Assembly (NCBI GenBank): GCA_963708045.1
Contig: OY970181.1
Span: forward strand, 1,061,443 to 1,125,442
DNA from: an uncultured bacterium
Lineage (GTDB): Bacteria > Patescibacteriota > Patescibacteriia > CAIQCM01
Direction: 5' to 3'
Length of the DNA: 64,000 bases
Below the pieces are notes generated by a model. That model saw only the letters and a program-made list of their open reading frames with translations, was not told the origin of the DNA and did not search any database. Shown piece by piece: positions 29,997 to 39,430 of the stretch. The first letter of the stretch is position 1. Every line of letters starts with the position of its first letter. Position numbers and translations under genes: made by a program.

Positions 29997-31250
29997 CTAC
30001 AACGGATTGAGGGAGAAAAAGAGCTTGAGGGTTTCGTCGTAGCCGCAGTTTCCACTGCGGACGAGCGCGGAGTTGTTACTCCAGCGCTCCTTGCCGTCCA
30101 CTGTCCTAACCCCAACGACAGTGATTCGGTTCTTTGCCGCCGGCATTGGCAGTCCTTGCCAAGTGTACGTCGTCCCGGCGATGTACGGTTTGCAGAGTGT
30201 CCGCAAGCCTTCCCACCCACCAAGCGGATCACCCACCAGGCACACCCGCGAAATGTCGCCGGTCTGATACAGATTTCCGAGAACGTCGCCGCTCACGGTA
30301 ACTGTACCAACATTCGCACTTGTCACCGTACAACTCACGTAAGCACTTCCACCGTTTGATGGCGGAAGTCCACCCGAGCATACGGTCCAACTCGGCACGC
30401 CATTATCCAGAACACACGTCTGCGTGCAACCAACATTGCCATTCGTACACTGACACGCAACTGTCCAATTGATAGGCGTCGTGCCGCACGTATTACAGCT
30501 GTTCGTGCAACTGCAACCACAGCTTGTGCTTGTTGCCGCCGTCGTGCCGCCAGTTGACGTTGAGTTGCCACCAGCGCCGCCGGTTGCCGGAGGATTTGAC
30601 ACCGCCGACCAAGTAAAGGGCGGAGTGCTCTGGTTCTGCACACAGGTCTGCGTGCAACGATTGGTGCCGTCCGAGCAGGTGACGTTTGAAAGTACCCTGC
30701 CCAAATGCGCCGCGTCACACACGAATGGATCAATGACTGATGTCATAGAACCACCCGTCGCCGTCGTGCCGCCAGTTGCCGTCGTTCCACCCGTGGCCGT
30801 ACTGCCACCCTTTGGCGGACAGATACAGTCACTTACCGGACCACCCACGCCCTCACACTTTTGCACACCACTCTTTTGACCGACATCTCCGGCGCAGAAG
30901 CACTGAATGGTTACGCCTTTTGCAGAACAATCGGTCAAGCCGCCGACCGGTGTGGTCGTCGTGGCCGTCGTGCCGCCGGTTGGTGTCGTGCCGCCCGCTG
31001 CCGTGGTCGTGGCGACCGATGAGCTTCCGCCTGTGGCCGGTGTCGTGGTGCTGGTCGCGGTCGTATTTCCGCCGGTCGGTGTTGAGGTTGAACTAGCCGT
31101 TGCCGATGAACCTCCTCCCGATCCAGCCGTTCCAGCATCAGCCGTCACAACTTTCTTGTTGACCGCTTCCTCGGCGCCGCAACCGGTGCCGACAATGACG
31201 GGGCCGCTGCCCAAGAGAACTGCGAGAACCAAATACCGATACGTGTTCAT
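29997..31250 (-). CDS. Cys/Gly/Thr-rich lipoprotein
   Basis: Start MNTYRY after GAAGAGGG; lipobox VGTGC; ATGG repeats; CTQTCV..W duplicated module. Confidence 0.85.
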   Translation of the reverse strand: MNTYRYLVLAVLLGSGPVIVGTGCGAEEAVNKKVVTADAGTAGSGGGSSATASSTSTPTGGNTTATSTTTPATGGSSSVATTTAAGGTTPTGGTTATTTTPVGGLTDCSAKGVTIQCFCAGDVGQKSGVQKCEGVGGPVSDCICPPKGGSTATGGTTATGGTTATGGSMTSVIDPFVCDAAHLGRVLSNVTCSDGTNRCTQTCVQNQSTPPFTWSAVSNPPATGGAGGNSTSTGGTTAATSTSCGCSCTNSCNTCGTTPINWTVACQCTNGNVGCTQTCVLDNGVPSWTVCSGGLPPSNGGSAYVSCTVTSANVGTVTVSGDVLGNLYQTGDISRVCLVGDPLGGWEGLRTLCKPYIAGTTYTWQGLPMPAAKNRITVVGVRTVDGKERWSNNSALVRSGNCGYDETLKLFFSLNPL

Positions 31251-31472
31251 GATGGTACCCTCTTCTTTCTGGACTGTGTCTAGAATCATACCGCCACTAT
31301 GACGGTTTCTTGTCTAGCTGTTTGGTTGTTGGTTGACTGTTTTAGTTTGGATTTTTACAAGGTACGTATGCGCTGGCATTTTTTAATCCCAGAGCGTATG
31401 TATCTTGAAAATTGAGGCGAGGGATGGATAAGTGCGAACCACCTATCCATCCCTCCCTGACGACGTTGGAAT

Positions 31473-32903
31473 CTAGAAGATTCCGCGACCGTCTGCCCGT
31501 GCTCCCTTTGGAGCGGGCTTTTCGTCTTCGTATGGGTCTATATCTTCTTCATCATCTACCGATTCAGCAACAGCCGCTGACGTTGTCTTGACGTTGTTGT
31601 TGTTGTTGAAGAAGCTCGCGCCGATGAAGCCCATGGCTCCGTAAGCGCTTTCAGTGCTAGACCCGCCACTCTTTAGGTGACCTCCCACAAACACTTGCAC
31701 GCCGGGGATGAGCACTACTTTTCCAACACGGATTCGGAAGTCCACACCCGCCACTCCGCCGATTTCCGCGTGAAGGAACTTGAGTCCCTCCGTAATTCCG
31801 ATCGGGATGTACGCCACTCCGAACCGAAGTCCAGCATAGTCGTTCATCCAGTAGCGCAAGCCGCCTTCAACGAGTCCGGAAAAGTACTTCTTTTGTCCGT
31901 TCCCGTTCTCGTCAATGACGAGCTCACCGTTTGCGTCGGTCTTCCTCACGCCAGGAACGCCGATCCCCACTTGTGTGTAGAGATCAAAGTTCTGGGTGAG
32001 TTCAAATGCCCCACCGACTGCCAGAACTGCACCGGAATACTTGAAGCTATTAGACATCATCCCCAAGAACTTGAGCTCCAAGGTGAAATGCGCAACAACT
32101 CCACTCCGTCCGTCCCGACCATCTCTACCATCCTTTCCAACCACTGCAGCAACCGGCTTCACGACGACCGTGGGCTTTGGCACACATTGCCATTTGCCAT
32201 CTATCTGTCCCTCCATCATTCCCGCAACACCGGAACAGTCGCAGCGATCAGCTGGCAGATTTTGCCCTCTGGTGTTTTCGCAGACTGTCTTCGGAACAAT
32301 TGCCGGATCCCAACCCATCTTGGCCAAAACCGAAGGTTGATCAACGCCGCCAACAGTCACGGTTACGGTCACCGTACCCTCGCCACCCTTCTTGTCAAAG
32401 GCAGTGAGCTTTATTGCCTTCTGAGCAACGCCATCAGTGATGAAGTTGCTAAGAATCGCGGTGTCACGAATGGTTTTGCCTTCCGTCAAGCACCCGACAC
32501 AAGACTCGTGAACCATAATGTCCGGATACTTCTTCGCGCCCTTGCCAAGTTTCTGCTTGGCAATGCCGGTCACTCTGAGCTTGAGCTCAACGGTTTTCTC
32601 GTTCGCCACGTTTGACGTAAACTGCGGATCCAGTTGGATCATGATTTCCTCGGGCGGCGGGACAACGACTGGCGCTGCCTTTGGCGCGCGAGGTGCTCGG
32701 GGCTTCACGGCGCGACAAGTGTTCCCGTCTTCGCTGGCTTTAAACCCAGCCGGACATTGACAGTGCGGGCAACCGTTTGGTTGCCACTCCGCGCCGGTTG
32801 CCGATTCCCGACACCTTTGCGAATTGCTCTTTTCGGCACGAGCTGAAGAAACCATCCCCAAAATCACGAACAAAATCACGGACGATAGCGTTGTCTTCCT
32901 CAT
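31473..32903 (-). CDS. Secreted protein with Cys motifs, a short collagen-like stretch and a putative C-terminal outer-membrane beta-barrel
   Basis: Signal peptide ending ARA; GKDGRDGRDG; alternating strands LAVGGAFEL, DLYTQVGIG, GLVEGGLRYW, GLRFGVAY, GVDFRI, GFIGASFF. Confidence 0.7.
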   Translation of the reverse strand: MRKTTLSSVILFVILGMVSSARAEKSNSQRCRESATGAEWQPNGCPHCQCPAGFKASEDGNTCRAVKPRAPRAPKAAPVVVPPPEEIMIQLDPQFTSNVANEKTVELKLRVTGIAKQKLGKGAKKYPDIMVHESCVGCLTEGKTIRDTAILSNFITDGVAQKAIKLTAFDKKGGEGTVTVTVTVGGVDQPSVLAKMGWDPAIVPKTVCENTRGQNLPADRCDCSGVAGMMEGQIDGKWQCVPKPTVVVKPVAAVVGKDGRDGRDGRSGVVAHFTLELKFLGMMSNSFKYSGAVLAVGGAFELTQNFDLYTQVGIGVPGVRKTDANGELVIDENGNGQKKYFSGLVEGGLRYWMNDYAGLRFGVAYIPIGITEGLKFLHAEIGGVAGVDFRIRVGKVVLIPGVQVFVGGHLKSGGSSTESAYGAMGFIGASFFNNNNNVKTTSAAVAESVDDEEDIDPYEDEKPAPKGARADGRGIF

Positions 32904-33144
32904 CTTGGTACCCTCTCCTTCTTCTTTTCTCTTTTTGAAGTTGCTCAGCCGACGACGGCTGATTTTTTATTCAGCCGTTTCAGCTGCGAAGTGGCGCGAC
33001 AGGCGACACAGAGAAAAGGAGGGATTTCTAAGATCGTTTGTCACGCCGCTTCAAAGCTGAATTGATAATTTAATTTTCAAAGATTGGATCCGATCGGAAG
33101 AAAGGCAAGATGCACCTTTCTTCCGATCAGTTTTGCGTGCCAAA

Positions 33145-33774
33145 CTACTTTGGCTTGTAACACTTCCCGCAGGTGGGAAGATCGCCGGTGCCGCTACAGT
33201 CAACAATGCATTCGTCTTCGCACTCTTTAGACCCCGTACAACGGACCCCCGTCCAAACATTATCTTTCTTCGAGGCCGCGTCTTCGGTGTTCACCGTACA
33301 AGCTCCGCAGTTAAAAGCTGGTTCTTCGGCCAACCCTGATGTCTGACGATCTGAGTCGTCGGATTCGTCTTCTCCTTGCTCTTGAGTTGCTTGCTTCAGA
33401 GCAAAGTCTAATCTGCTTATTGCCTCTTCCAGCTTGGCAATATCAGCCTTGATTCCTTTCTTCCCAAGCAGGGCGTCCAGAATGTCGTCCTGTTTTTGAG
33501 CAGTCCTCAATCCAACTATCCCCACCGCGGCCAACGTCGTCGCTCCAATGAATAAGCCGACCATCAACAGGCCAAAAAAGTGGCGGACTGCGCTTTCTCC
33601 GACAACTTCTTCGTGGCCTTGTTGCGTCGCTGACACATTTTGTTGATATCTGGCCTTTCGCGCCACGAGCCACTCTTTGAACAGTCGCTTCAGAACGGTT
33701 GTCCAAAGAATGAGAAACATTGTGAGCAACACCAATCCGACCAAAATTTCTTTCCAGTACTTCAACATGAACAT
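33145..33774 (-). CDS. Two-TM membrane protein with coiled coil and Cys-rich C-terminus
   Basis: SD AAGGAGG; two hydrophobic helices; C-terminal Cys cluster. Confidence 0.75.
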   Translation of the reverse strand: MFMLKYWKEILVGLVLLTMFLILWTTVLKRLFKEWLVARKARYQQNVSATQQGHEEVVGESAVRHFFGLLMVGLFIGATTLAAVGIVGLRTAQKQDDILDALLGKKGIKADIAKLEEAISRLDFALKQATQEQGEDESDDSDRQTSGLAEEPAFNCGACTVNTEDAASKKDNVWTGVRCTGSKECEDECIVDCSGTGDLPTCGKCYKPK

Positions 33775-34082
33775 GATATCCCTCCTTGCAAACGTTGTAC
33801 GAACGAAAAATTGTTATCTTAGACGACCAATGCCGTCTTGCGCGTTGGTTTCGGACACATTATCCGAGCAAGCGCTTGCCGCGTTGTTGGTTAAGCCATC
33901 AACAGCTTGGCAAATCCTTGCTTTACGCGCGTTTTTTTAATTTATTCTTAGCTAATTTAGACCAAAACAGAATAGAGCAACTTAGCATAAAATGTCTAAA
34001 GTGTCAAGATTAATTAAGCATCACGCTAAAAACAACAAAAAATACGGCTTTTTGCCGTATTTTATCTTCCTCTTCAAAACAA

Positions 34083-34730
34083 TTATACAAAACTCGGTGG
34101 ATGTTCAACCAAATATTTGCGCGACTTGTCGGTAAGGAGAACGTAGGCAATGCTCAAAAATATACCAACGACAAAACCGATAAAGCCATTCGCAAGTACG
34201 TTGGGCTTAACCGGAAAACGCGAGACCAGCGGCGCGTCAACAAGTTTGATTTGCAAACCCGAGCCGCCAACGTAATTACTTCCGTAAGTGGTCATTACGT
34301 AGGCAATCGCATTGGCAATTTCCGTGGCCTGATCTTTGTCAGTGTGATAAACGGTGATGTTGAGCAAGCCCGAGCCTTGTTCCACGCGCACCGAAACCAT
34401 CTGATTCCACTTTTTGCGACGGCGCGCATCGTCGGTTGGAAAGTATGACGAGTCAATATTATATTTTGACGAGAGCACGCGATTATAAAAATCGGTCGTG
34501 TAAACAATCTGCGCCAAATTTCCACCAACGCTTGCCGAAGCACGAATGGCAGTGTAAGGATCGTAATTAAGCGCCGCCGGCTGAATGATAAGCAGGCGAA
34601 TAGAAGAAGAATACTGGAGCGGCTCAACAAACGATATCCCGCAAGCCAAAACCAAAAGCACGGCGGAAATAACGGTGATCAATTTCCACTTTTTTAAAAT
34701 TATTTTTCCGTAATGCGGGTTGGCCGACAT
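34083..34730 (-). CDS. Wzz/YveK-like polysaccharide chain-length protein
   Basis: KKWKLI N-terminal TM, YSSSIRLLI, ATEIANAIA, PVKPN..N + C-terminal TM. Confidence 0.8.
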   Translation of the reverse strand: MSANPHYGKIILKKWKLITVISAVLLVLACGISFVEPLQYSSSIRLLIIQPAALNYDPYTAIRASASVGGNLAQIVYTTDFYNRVLSSKYNIDSSYFPTDDARRRKKWNQMVSVRVEQGSGLLNITVYHTDKDQATEIANAIAYVMTTYGSNYVGGSGLQIKLVDAPLVSRFPVKPNVLANGFIGFVVGIFLSIAYVLLTDKSRKYLVEHPPSFV

Positions 34731-34731
34731 A

Positions 34732-35811
34732 TTATTTTAGCGTTACCGATAATTTGATTTGTTTGCCCGCGCGCATTACCGAGAGTTCAACTTTGGCGCC
34801 CGAAGCATATTCCGCGACCACTTCGGAAAGCGGCGCGTCTTTAGTTATTCTATCACGTTCAACCGCCAGAATCACGTCGCCATCACGAAGGCCGCCAAGC
34901 TCAGCCGCACTTCCAACATTAACGGCTTTGATTTTACCAAGGCCAATAAGTAATGCACCCTCCGACGGAAAACCAGCGGACGGCAAGGCCTTAACATCAG
35001 CAACCGAAACATAGTGAACGCCAAGCGTCGGCCTGATTATTTTTTTGCCCAGAAAAACATCTTTCATCGCTTCGGTAAAATACGCCGCCGGTACGGCGCT
35101 GTTTTCGCTAGTGGCAACGGCGACAATTTTTCCCGAAGCGTCAATAACCGGCGCCCCCAACCCAAGGCCGACGCCCGCGAGAATCAGCCGCCGTGAAAAC
35201 TTTTCCGAAGATTCAATTAGGTCAGCACGCGTCGTTACTGGTGTTTCGCGAACGGCAAAAACCGAAAAAACATTTAACCCGCCGCTTTTTGGCGCGTAAA
35301 CGTTTTCTCCAGGGAGCAACGTTGTATCATCGCCAAACGGCGCAACATTTAAGTGGTCCGATTCAACGCGAACAAAAGCAAGACCGGTCGCCTCGTCTTT
35401 AATCGCCTTTCCCGCCGGCACGGTTATGGAAACTCCGTCAGCAAAAACGGCAACCAACTGATCGCGTCCCAAAAGAACATCCGCACTGCTCGCGATCCAA
35501 CCGTCGGAAGTAAGAACGACGCCTTCGCCAACAATGTCAGTCGGAAGAAAAGCACCATCAATTCTGCTTCCAGAATGATAACGGTAAAAAACTACCGAAC
35601 CGCGAACCGCCGAAGAAACCGCGTCCATATTTGCGACCGAACCAGCTCGGGAAACAGCTGGCGGGCGCATTTCGTTGGTCAAAATAATTTCCGAAACGTT
35701 GGTCGCTGACCTAATCGCCAAGGCCGCGCCAAGCGCACCCGAAGCCAACGAAAGTCCGATCACAACCAAAAGATTTATAATTTTTGTCCAAATTTTTTTA
35801 TCCATATTCAT
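34732..35811 (-). CDS. HtrA/S1C-like protease-PDZ protein, catalytic triad apparently lost
   Basis: GEGVVLTSDGW, RPTLGVHY, GSAAELGGLRDGDVI PDZ; His/Asp/Ser positions replaced. Confidence 0.8.
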   Translation of the reverse strand: MNMDKKIWTKIINLLVVIGLSLASGALGAALAIRSATNVSEIILTNEMRPPAVSRAGSVANMDAVSSAVRGSVVFYRYHSGSRIDGAFLPTDIVGEGVVLTSDGWIASSADVLLGRDQLVAVFADGVSITVPAGKAIKDEATGLAFVRVESDHLNVAPFGDDTTLLPGENVYAPKSGGLNVFSVFAVRETPVTTRADLIESSEKFSRRLILAGVGLGLGAPVIDASGKIVAVATSENSAVPAAYFTEAMKDVFLGKKIIRPTLGVHYVSVADVKALPSAGFPSEGALLIGLGKIKAVNVGSAAELGGLRDGDVILAVERDRITKDAPLSEVVAEYASGAKVELSVMRAGKQIKLSVTLK

Positions 35812-35882
35812 TAAGCTGTTAACTGTTAACTTTTAACTGTTAGGAAAAACCTAAAAGTTAAAAGTTAAAAGTTAAAAGTTTT

Positions 35883-36617
35883 TTAACGCCAGCGCGCTGT
35901 TGCCGTTAGTAAAATTACGGCCGCGGCGGCGGTTAATGCCGAACGCTTTAGTTCGCGCGAAGCGGCGTTTCTGGTAATTCCAATTAATGTATAAGCAATC
36001 GCCGCAAGCAGTCCCGCGCTTACCCAATAAGAAAAAGGAAACAGGTAGATTATAAGATAACTTTCAGCGATGACAACGGCAAAAGCGGCGGCCGCAGGAA
36101 GCGATGGTGCTGGCGAAAGCGTGAAAAGAACAAAGGCGAGAATAACGGAAATTCCGGCAAAAATCAAGAAGGATGAATATTGATTAAAATTAAGAAAAAC
36201 CGTCGCCGCAAACAAGCCAGCACTCGTAAAAAAGATTATAAGGAGCACGCTCCACTCGGAAATAGCGCGAAGTAGGTCGGTGTAATAATTTCTCGCCACC
36301 GCGAACGGCAACTGCTTGATAAGCACAAAAAATAAAAATGAGGCCAACAAAGAAACCGCCAAACGCAAAGAAATTTCTTCAACAAAAAGCATTGCAAAAA
36401 AAGAGCTGGTCGCGAGCAGCGCCGGCAAAACCTCGGGGGCAACTGGTTCGCGCTTTTTAAATGCGAAGACTATAAGCACACCGCTCGTTGCTATAGAAAG
36501 CGCGATGATGCCAAAAAAACTCCACTGAAGCATTGTTGGATAAAACGCCGCCAAAAGCAGCATCGCAAAAAATGCAAGCGAGGCGAAATACGCGATTATT
36601 TTTCTAAAAAATTTCAT
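35883..36617 (-). CDS. Polytopic membrane hypothetical protein
   Basis: About 8 hydrophobic segments; in operon with neighbours. Confidence 0.7.
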   Translation of the reverse strand: MKFFRKIIAYFASLAFFAMLLLAAFYPTMLQWSFFGIIALSIATSGVLIVFAFKKREPVAPEVLPALLATSSFFAMLFVEEISLRLAVSLLASFLFFVLIKQLPFAVARNYYTDLLRAISEWSVLLIIFFTSAGLFAATVFLNFNQYSSFLIFAGISVILAFVLFTLSPAPSLPAAAAFAVVIAESYLIIYLFPFSYWVSAGLLAAIAYTLIGITRNAASRELKRSALTAAAAVILLTATARWR

Positions 36618-36621
36618 TGGT

Positions 36622-37026
36622 TTAAAAAGGCCGAACAGCCTTAAGCCACTCGTTCTTATCAGCTAAAGCAATCAACTTATTATATATTTTATCTGACCCC
36701 TTTCCCGACTTAAGAGCCTCGCTATAAGAAGTAAGCTTGGTAACCAAAGCAAAATGGGTTTCTTTTTCTTCGGCCGGAACCACAAGTTCAAGCAAATGAT
36801 CGCGAATAGCCTTGACCGACACTAAATCATCTTTTTTAAAAGACGAAAAAGCGGCAAGCACAGCAATGCGATAGTCAGCATCTGTTAAAACCATTCGTGA
36901 TGGCTTAACCACAACATTTGATGATCCATTCTTAACCACCAAGGTTCGCAAGACAAAAAATCCTCCAGACAAAACAGCGATCGCGAGTCCAACAAAAACA
37001 ATCTTGCGAATATTTTTTTGAAGCAT
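36622..37026 (-). CDS. Membrane-anchored hypothetical protein
   Basis: N-terminal TM; tight operon spacing. Confidence 0.7.
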   Translation of the reverse strand: MLQKNIRKIVFVGLAIAVLSGGFFVLRTLVVKNGSSNVVVKPSRMVLTDADYRIAVLAAFSSFKKDDLVSVKAIRDHLLELVVPAEEKETHFALVTKLTSYSEALKSGKGSDKIYNKLIALADKNEWLKAVRPF

Positions 37027-37031
37027 AATGC

Positions 37032-38060
37032 TTACCGGTTTGTCCGTTCCAAATACTCGGAAAGAATAACGTTGCCCGCCGTCGCAACCGGAATTGCCAA
37101 AAGCGCGCCAAAAATTCCGCCAACCGTATACCCAATCACAAGCGACAAAATCGCAACAATCGGATTAAGGCCGGTTGTTTTTTGCATCACTTTAGGAACA
37201 AGGATCATATTCTCTAGACGCTGAATAAGGAAGAAGAGAACAAGAACTAATATTGCCTTGGTCGGCGAGGTGGAAGCGGCGAAAATAACCGCCGGAACCG
37301 TTGCCGCGACCGGTCCAACATAAGGAACAACCTCCAAAACGCCCGCTAAAACCGAAAGCAGCAAGGCATACTTAACCCCCAAAATTGATAACCCGGCATA
37401 GGTTACGATGCCGACCGCGAACATAAGAATGAGCTGACCCAAAAGCCATTGCCCGACTTTCTTTTGCATCTTTCCAGCAATATCCAAAACCAGTTGGTGA
37501 TATTTTTTTGGCGCGATCGCAACCGCCATATCGCGAATACTGTTTCGCTCCACCACCATAAAAAATGAGAGCACGAGCACAATGAAGAAAGAAACGATTC
37601 CCGAAAAAACACCAGAAACGGTTGAATATAGTCCACTAAACCAATTAGCGACTCCCGAATTAAACGCGTCCACGCTTTGATTAAAGCTATTTTCAAAACC
37701 ATAATGCGCGCTCGCCGACTGCAAACTATTAAATCCGGAAAGCGCTTTTGTCCATACCGCGCTAAAACCGGCAATGAGATCACTCCATTCTCTTGCAATT
37801 AACGGAACTAGCAACCAGACTAAAGCGCCGAGTAGTGTAAAGAAAACAATATAAACAACGAGCACGGTGAGTGACCGAGGAATTTTCTTTTTTTCTAACG
37901 CATCGGCAATCGGGCTAATCGCAAAGGCAAACAGAATAGAAACCAAAATCGTGCCGACAAGATCGCGAAATAGGTATATTAAAAAAACACCGAGGAGCAC
38001 CAAAACAAAACGAACCATTGTTCCGGTGGACACAGAAATTACGCGTTTTTCTTCAGACAT
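37032..38060 (-). CDS. AI-2E family transporter
   Basis: WLLGQL, PYVGP, QRLENMILVPKVM, GLNP, GALLAIP. Confidence 0.93.
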   Translation of the reverse strand: MSEEKRVISVSTGTMVRFVLVLLGVFLIYLFRDLVGTILVSILFAFAISPIADALEKKKIPRSLTVLVVYIVFFTLLGALVWLLVPLIAREWSDLIAGFSAVWTKALSGFNSLQSASAHYGFENSFNQSVDAFNSGVANWFSGLYSTVSGVFSGIVSFFIVLVLSFFMVVERNSIRDMAVAIAPKKYHQLVLDIAGKMQKKVGQWLLGQLILMFAVGIVTYAGLSILGVKYALLLSVLAGVLEVVPYVGPVAATVPAVIFAASTSPTKAILVLVLFFLIQRLENMILVPKVMQKTTGLNPIVAILSLVIGYTVGGIFGALLAIPVATAGNVILSEYLERTNR

Positions 38061-38094
38061 ATTACTTATAATATATAAAAAACTAGGCGTTTGG

Positions 38095-39348
38095 TCAACG
38101 GACGACGAAAAAAGCTACCGAAGCCGCAAACATAACCACGGTTGCACCCCAACCAAAAACTTTTACCCACGAACCATTAACATAACGCCCCATCACCTGT
38201 TTGTTACCAGCAATAAGCAAAATAAGAACCATCAAAACCGGCGCAATCAGCCCATTTAGCGCCGCGGCATAATATAGCAAACGGAACGGCGGCACGCCCA
38301 AAAAATTTATTAATATTCCGATTAAGGTGGCAATGGTAATGATGCTATAAAATCCGTGAGCGTCTTTTAGCTTGCGATAAAGCCCCGAGCGCCAACCCAA
38401 AGTTTCGGCCAAAGCATATGACGCCGATCCGGCAAGAACCGGTATGGCAAGCAGACCCGTACCAACAACACCAAGCGCGAAAATAATTGAAGTAAACGGT
38501 CCAGCCAAAGGCCTGAGCGCCGCCGCCGCTTCGGTTGCCGTTCCGACATTCATAATTCCCGCCCGTCCAAGCGTGGAAGCTGTTGTGGCAATAATAAAGA
38601 ACGCGACCAAATTAGAAAAAATCATGCCCGAAACGGTATCAAAGCGCATTTTTTTAATATCGGTCTTAGTCACTTTGGGCAACCCTTCCCCCATTGCCTT
38701 AAGTTTTCCGCAAACAATTTGCTCTTCATTTTCCTCACTGGTTTGCCAGAAAAATAAGTAGGGCGAAATAGTCGTACCAAGAATGGCCACCAGATTGAAA
38801 AAATATTCTTTGCTTAAAACAATGGTTGGAATAAAAACCGAACGCAAAATTTGCGACCAATCTTGCTTAACGACAAAAGCGGCGGCAACATAAGCCAAAA
38901 GCGACAAAGCGAAATATTTTAAATACCGCGAATATGTTTTGTAGGAAATAAAAATTTCCAAAATTAAAATTACAATCACCATCCCGACAAGCCAAACCAT
39001 AAAATTGCCGCCAAATACTAACTCGGCCGACGAGGCCATCGCGCCGAGGTCGGCGCCGATATTTACCGTGTTTGCGACAAGTAGCAAACCAACCGCAAAA
39101 AACAAAATTGTTTTTCCAAACCGATCTTTAATTACCGCCGCAAGCCCGCGACCAGTTACAAGTCCGATCCGCCCGCACATTTCCTGAATCGCGATCATAA
39201 ACGGCGTCGCAAAAAGCGCGATCCAAAGTTGCGAGTATCCAAACTGCGCGCCGGTTTGCGAGTAGGTGGCAATACCCGACGGATCATCGTCGGCCGCGCC
39301 GGTAATAAAGCCCGGCCCAAATTTTTTCAAAAATTTTTTAAATTTCAT
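38095..39348 (-). CDS. NRAMP-family divalent metal transporter
   Basis: GPGFITGAADDDPSGIATYSQ, GTTISPYLFFWQ; start MKFKK at 39348. Confidence 0.92.
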   Translation of the reverse strand: MKFKKFLKKFGPGFITGAADDDPSGIATYSQTGAQFGYSQLWIALFATPFMIAIQEMCGRIGLVTGRGLAAVIKDRFGKTILFFAVGLLLVANTVNIGADLGAMASSAELVFGGNFMVWLVGMVIVILILEIFISYKTYSRYLKYFALSLLAYVAAAFVVKQDWSQILRSVFIPTIVLSKEYFFNLVAILGTTISPYLFFWQTSEENEEQIVCGKLKAMGEGLPKVTKTDIKKMRFDTVSGMIFSNLVAFFIIATTASTLGRAGIMNVGTATEAAAALRPLAGPFTSIIFALGVVGTGLLAIPVLAGSASYALAETLGWRSGLYRKLKDAHGFYSIITIATLIGILINFLGVPPFRLLYYAAALNGLIAPVLMVLILLIAGNKQVMGRYVNGSWVKVFGWGATVVMFAASVAFFVVR

Positions 39349-39430
39349 TTGTATATTATACCAGAAACGTAAAATTAAATCGCCGGAAAGGTTGTCCCTT
39401 TCCGGCGATGGTGCGTTCGCGTTTTTCGGT

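Noticed and set aside
25686-32615. Long plus-strand ORFs (for example 26300-27037, 28306-28608, 31677-32615)
   Set aside because: Antisense shadows of GC-rich, low-complexity minus-strand genes that have SDs and signal peptides.
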